Below are positions 13,478 through 15,628 of a stretch of 15,628 bases of DNA, in pieces (position 1 is the stretch's first letter; every line of letters starts with the position of its first letter). The stretch is taken from assembly GCA_013378385.1 (NCBI GenBank), contig JACAFS010000022.1, positions 1 to 15,628 of the forward strand, written 5' to 3'. This stretch comes from Nitrososphaerota archaeon (GTDB lineage: Archaea; Thermoproteota; Nitrososphaeria; Nitrososphaerales; UBA57). The notes below the pieces were generated by a model. That model saw nothing but the letters and a program-made list of their open reading frames with translations, ran no database searches and was not told the origin of the DNA. The position numbers and the translations under genes were made by a program.

Positions 13478-13936
13478 TTGACGGGAAAATATTTTATTAA
13501 TAAGATTTTATTCACAATGGATTATTTATTTGGAGATAACATTAGTAAAATATTTGAAGAAAGAGAGATCAAGTATGAATTATCGAATAATACAAACAGA
13601 CTACGATTCATATATGTAGACGATAAATTATTTGCCACTATTAGAGCTAATGGAACATATGCATTAACTATTCATGGAGCGAGTATTTTAATTAATTATT
13701 CAGACTATATGAAGAATTGTGTTATGATAAATAATGAGATAGAACAATTTATCAAAGTTGGTGGATCAGTATTTAACAAACACATCATAGATGCAGGAGA
13801 GAACATATTACTAGATTCAGAAGCCATAATAATCAATGAAAATAAAAAATTAATCGGAGTAGGAAAGGCATTAACATCGCATGATATAATGAAAAGATCT
13901 GAAATTGGAGCCGCAATAAAAGTCAGGCATATTTAA
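13478..13936 (+). CDS. Small archaeal PUA-domain RNA-binding protein (pre-PUA plus PUA, like the ArcTGT C-terminal region)
   Basis: The C-terminal half V.INNE.EQFIKVGGSVFNKHIIDAGENILLDSEAIIINENKKLIGVGKALTSHDIMKRSEIGAAIKVRH fits the PUA pattern (G.sVF.k.v......i....e.......l.avG.a..s..em.....G.a.kVR). The N-terminal ..RANGTYALTIHGASIL resembles the pre-PUA segment. The farthest start is TTG (13478). An in-frame ATG at 13517 (MDYLFGDN.., 139 aa) is at least as plausible. Confidence 0.7.
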   Translation: MTGKYFINKILFTMDYLFGDNISKIFEEREIKYELSNNTNRLRFIYVDDKLFATIRANGTYALTIHGASILINYSDYMKNCVMINNEIEQFIKVGGSVFNKHIIDAGENILLDSEAIIINENKKLIGVGKALTSHDIMKRSEIGAAIKVRHI

Positions 13937-13961
13937 TAAGATACATTGAGATAATTATTAC

Positions 13962-14297
13962 ATGGGATTTAGAGATAACAGACAAAGTAAAAGAATGCTC
14001 GAAAAGATGGGTTTAAATCTAGAAGAAATGCCAGATGTTGATGAAGTAGTAATTAAAACAAAAGAAAAAGACTTGATTATTAAAGCCCCACAAGTTTCCA
14101 AATTAAAAAGTAAAGGAATAGACATGTATCAAATTATGGGAAGTGATACTGAAGAAATTATTAAAGAAGAAAGTAAAATCAGTGAAGAAGATGTATTATT
14201 AGTATCACAACAGGCAAATGTAAGTGAAGAAGTAGCAAGAAATTCACTTGAAGAATCAGACGGGGATCTCGCCCAGGCAATTTTAAAATTAAAGTAG
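13962..14297 (+). CDS. nac: Nascent polypeptide-associated complex protein (archaeal NAC: NAC domain plus C-terminal UBA-like domain)
   Basis: 111 aa. KRMLEKMGLNLEEMPDVDEVVIKTKEKDLIIKAPQV (NAC beta-barrel region) and EDVLLVSQQANVSEEVARNSLEESDGDLAQAILKL (UBA-like). ATG start, 25 nt after the PUA gene. Confidence 0.85.
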   Translation: MGFRDNRQSKRMLEKMGLNLEEMPDVDEVVIKTKEKDLIIKAPQVSKLKSKGIDMYQIMGSDTEEIIKEESKISEEDVLLVSQQANVSEEVARNSLEESDGDLAQAILKLK

Positions 14298-14315
14298 ACA
14301 ATAATTTAAAATAAT

Positions 14316-15389
14316 TTATTGAGTTAGATTTTCTTGAATTATCTTTGTTTCAATATTATTTTCTATTCCAAATGAAATAGTTGAAATATTTGCAGCCTCA
14401 AATTCTTTAACTCGTATTAATGCAAGAGAAACTAATTCAGTAAACGCATTCCAGACAAAAACTTTATTGAATTTATGATATTCATAGTTTTTAATATTAC
14501 TGTCGAGCATTGAAATAGTATCAGCAAGATTATCAAATGATGTTGGTATGAATCTTCTGAATGAAGTAGATTCAAGCATTTTCATTGCAGTTTCCACATC
14601 GTCGGTTAATGCCATTTGATTTAATTTTTTATGTTTTATATCAAATGTTGGTTTAATCAAAATTTCTTTAATTTGTTCAGTATCAAAATTCCATTGTTTT
14701 GCCCTCAAAACAGAAATTACGTTGTATGAATCTATATAATGTGAAATTATAGGTCTTAATTTAACAGAAATTGATTCCGTCATAGGAATTGAAGTTGTAT
14801 CCAATTCAGTATAGGTATTAACTAATTGAGTATGATATGCTTTATCGATATAAACGTCAAAGATGTTAATTTGTGGATTATCATTGTACATTTTTAATGC
14901 AGTGGCAATATCCTTGTAGAATTCACTTCCAGATAATGAATCAACTGCATCCTGTAGTGTATCCGCAGTCATTACTTTAACTAAAAGATCTCTCCTTCCG
15001 ATGAGTTCTTCAGTATATAAATCAACATATTCTTCTAATTCAGTTTCAGATTTACCAAGTGCTTTGCCTTTAAGAATAATTTTGAGATTTCTAGCGATAT
15101 GTTTAAGGTAATATGCAGAAAGTAATTCACCTCCAGGAGATGTTTTCATCAATTTACAATGAATGTCAGAAATATGTTCATAACAAGCTTTTTCAATTTT
15201 TCTAGCGGAATAAGGAGTGGAAATACGCGATACTGCAGCATCATAAGGTGTAGCCTTTAATTTAGTAACAAGTTCGTCAAGATCAGAAGATTCAGTTAAT
15301 GATGTAATTGTTTGTGCATCTATAATACCACCTCTATATGAATAGGCTTTAGTTGCCGAATATGTAACGTCGTCTAAAATACTTCGCAT
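14316..15389 (-). CDS. atpC: A/V-type ATP synthase subunit C (AtpC; homolog of eukaryotic V-ATPase subunit d)
   Basis: 357 aa and all-helical. The N-terminal Y..TKAYSYRGGIIDAQTITSLTESSDLDELVTKLKATPY matches the family opening (Y.y.naR.r......l.......L.....l.e....L..t.Y), and the length is typical. It follows a small coiled-coil ORF with an 8-nt gap and a Shine-Dalgarno-like AGGTG upstream. Confidence 0.8.
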   Translation of the reverse strand: MRSILDDVTYSATKAYSYRGGIIDAQTITSLTESSDLDELVTKLKATPYDAAVSRISTPYSARKIEKACYEHISDIHCKLMKTSPGGELLSAYYLKHIARNLKIILKGKALGKSETELEEYVDLYTEELIGRRDLLVKVMTADTLQDAVDSLSGSEFYKDIATALKMYNDNPQINIFDVYIDKAYHTQLVNTYTELDTTSIPMTESISVKLRPIISHYIDSYNVISVLRAKQWNFDTEQIKEILIKPTFDIKHKKLNQMALTDDVETAMKMLESTSFRRFIPTSFDNLADTISMLDSNIKNYEYHKFNKVFVWNAFTELVSLALIRVKEFEAANISTISFGIENNIETKIIQENLTQ

Positions 15390-15397
15390 ATTAGAGA

Positions 15398-15616
15398 TTA
15401 TACACCTAGGATTTTCTTAATAACATCTTTTACTGCAGAATCAAACTTAGAATCAATTTTTTTCTGTAATTTCTCAGTATTTGATTTTCCTTTACTGATT
15501 ATTTCATCTGCACTCACTTTGTCTTTCTTAACATTCTCAGAAATATTTTTGTCCTTAGTTTGAATAGCCTTTTTGATTATATCATTTTGGATTTTATCTA
15601 CTTCAGTTTCAGCCAT
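15398..15616 (-). CDS. Small Lys/Glu-rich coiled-coil protein, possibly the A/V-ATPase peripheral-stalk subunit H (G-like)
   Basis: 72 aa with an ATG at 15616..15614, predicted entirely helical and charged (MAETEVDKIQNDIIKKAIQTKDKNISENVKK..). The assignment rests on composition and its position directly upstream of atpC. It is shorter than the ~100-aa AtpH proteins I remember. Confidence 0.4.
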   Translation of the reverse strand: MAETEVDKIQNDIIKKAIQTKDKNISENVKKDKVSADEIISKGKSNTEKLQKKIDSKFDSAVKDVIKKILGV

Positions 15617-15628
15617 ATTAATTAGCTC

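Noticed and set aside
1-15628. Scan for tRNA/rRNA genes, CRISPR repeats, transposase/integrase genes, terminal inverted repeats and defence-island-like content
   Set aside because: I found none by eye. All spacers are 63 bp or shorter, every long ORF has a housekeeping-type assignment or is a small isolated hypothetical, and I noticed no direct repeats beyond the 18-bp duplication inside htrA. A tRNAscan, Infernal and repeat-finder run would be the formal check.

Overview
This is a visibly AT-rich (about one-third G+C by eye, not computed), very tightly packed archaeal chromosomal segment with about 18 genes, nearly all recognisable housekeeping functions. Archaeal origin is supported by GatD/GatE, aTrm56, NAC and an A/V-type ATPase subunit C. 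The lineage cannot be fixed without a search; an AT-rich marine archaeon is only a guess. Gene order: thiL (partial, -) | small membrane ORF (+) | secreted esterase (-), cupin (-) | HtrA protease with collagen-like stalk (+), gatD (+), gatE (+) | guaA (-), small coiled-coil/Cys-His ORF (-), divergent isocitrate/isopropylmalate-DH paralog (-), sdhA-like flavoprotein (-) | orf92 (+), leuB-type dehydrogenase (+) | aTrm56 (-) | PUA protein (+), NAC (+) | atpC (-), atpH-like (-). I saw no rRNA, tRNA, CRISPR array, transposase/integrase or defence-like module, and I do not see a convincing multi-gene novel system, so this reads as a core-genome region. Points worth a second look: (1) a 13-triplet G-X-Y collagen-like segment between the membrane anchor and protease domain of HtrA; (2) 8 or 9 of 18 gene starts are TTG or GTG (6-7 TTG), most pinned by conserved N-terminal motifs; (3) an sdhA-type flavoprotein gene with no sdhB/C/D nearby, flanked by two beta-decarboxylating dehydrogenase paralogs, one altered at motifs its in-window paralog keeps; (4) a small coiled-coil plus CxxC...HxC ORF whose stop overlaps the guaA start; (5) extreme packing, with abutting or overlapping convergent genes and divergent spacers of 41-63 bp that suggest leaderless transcripts.
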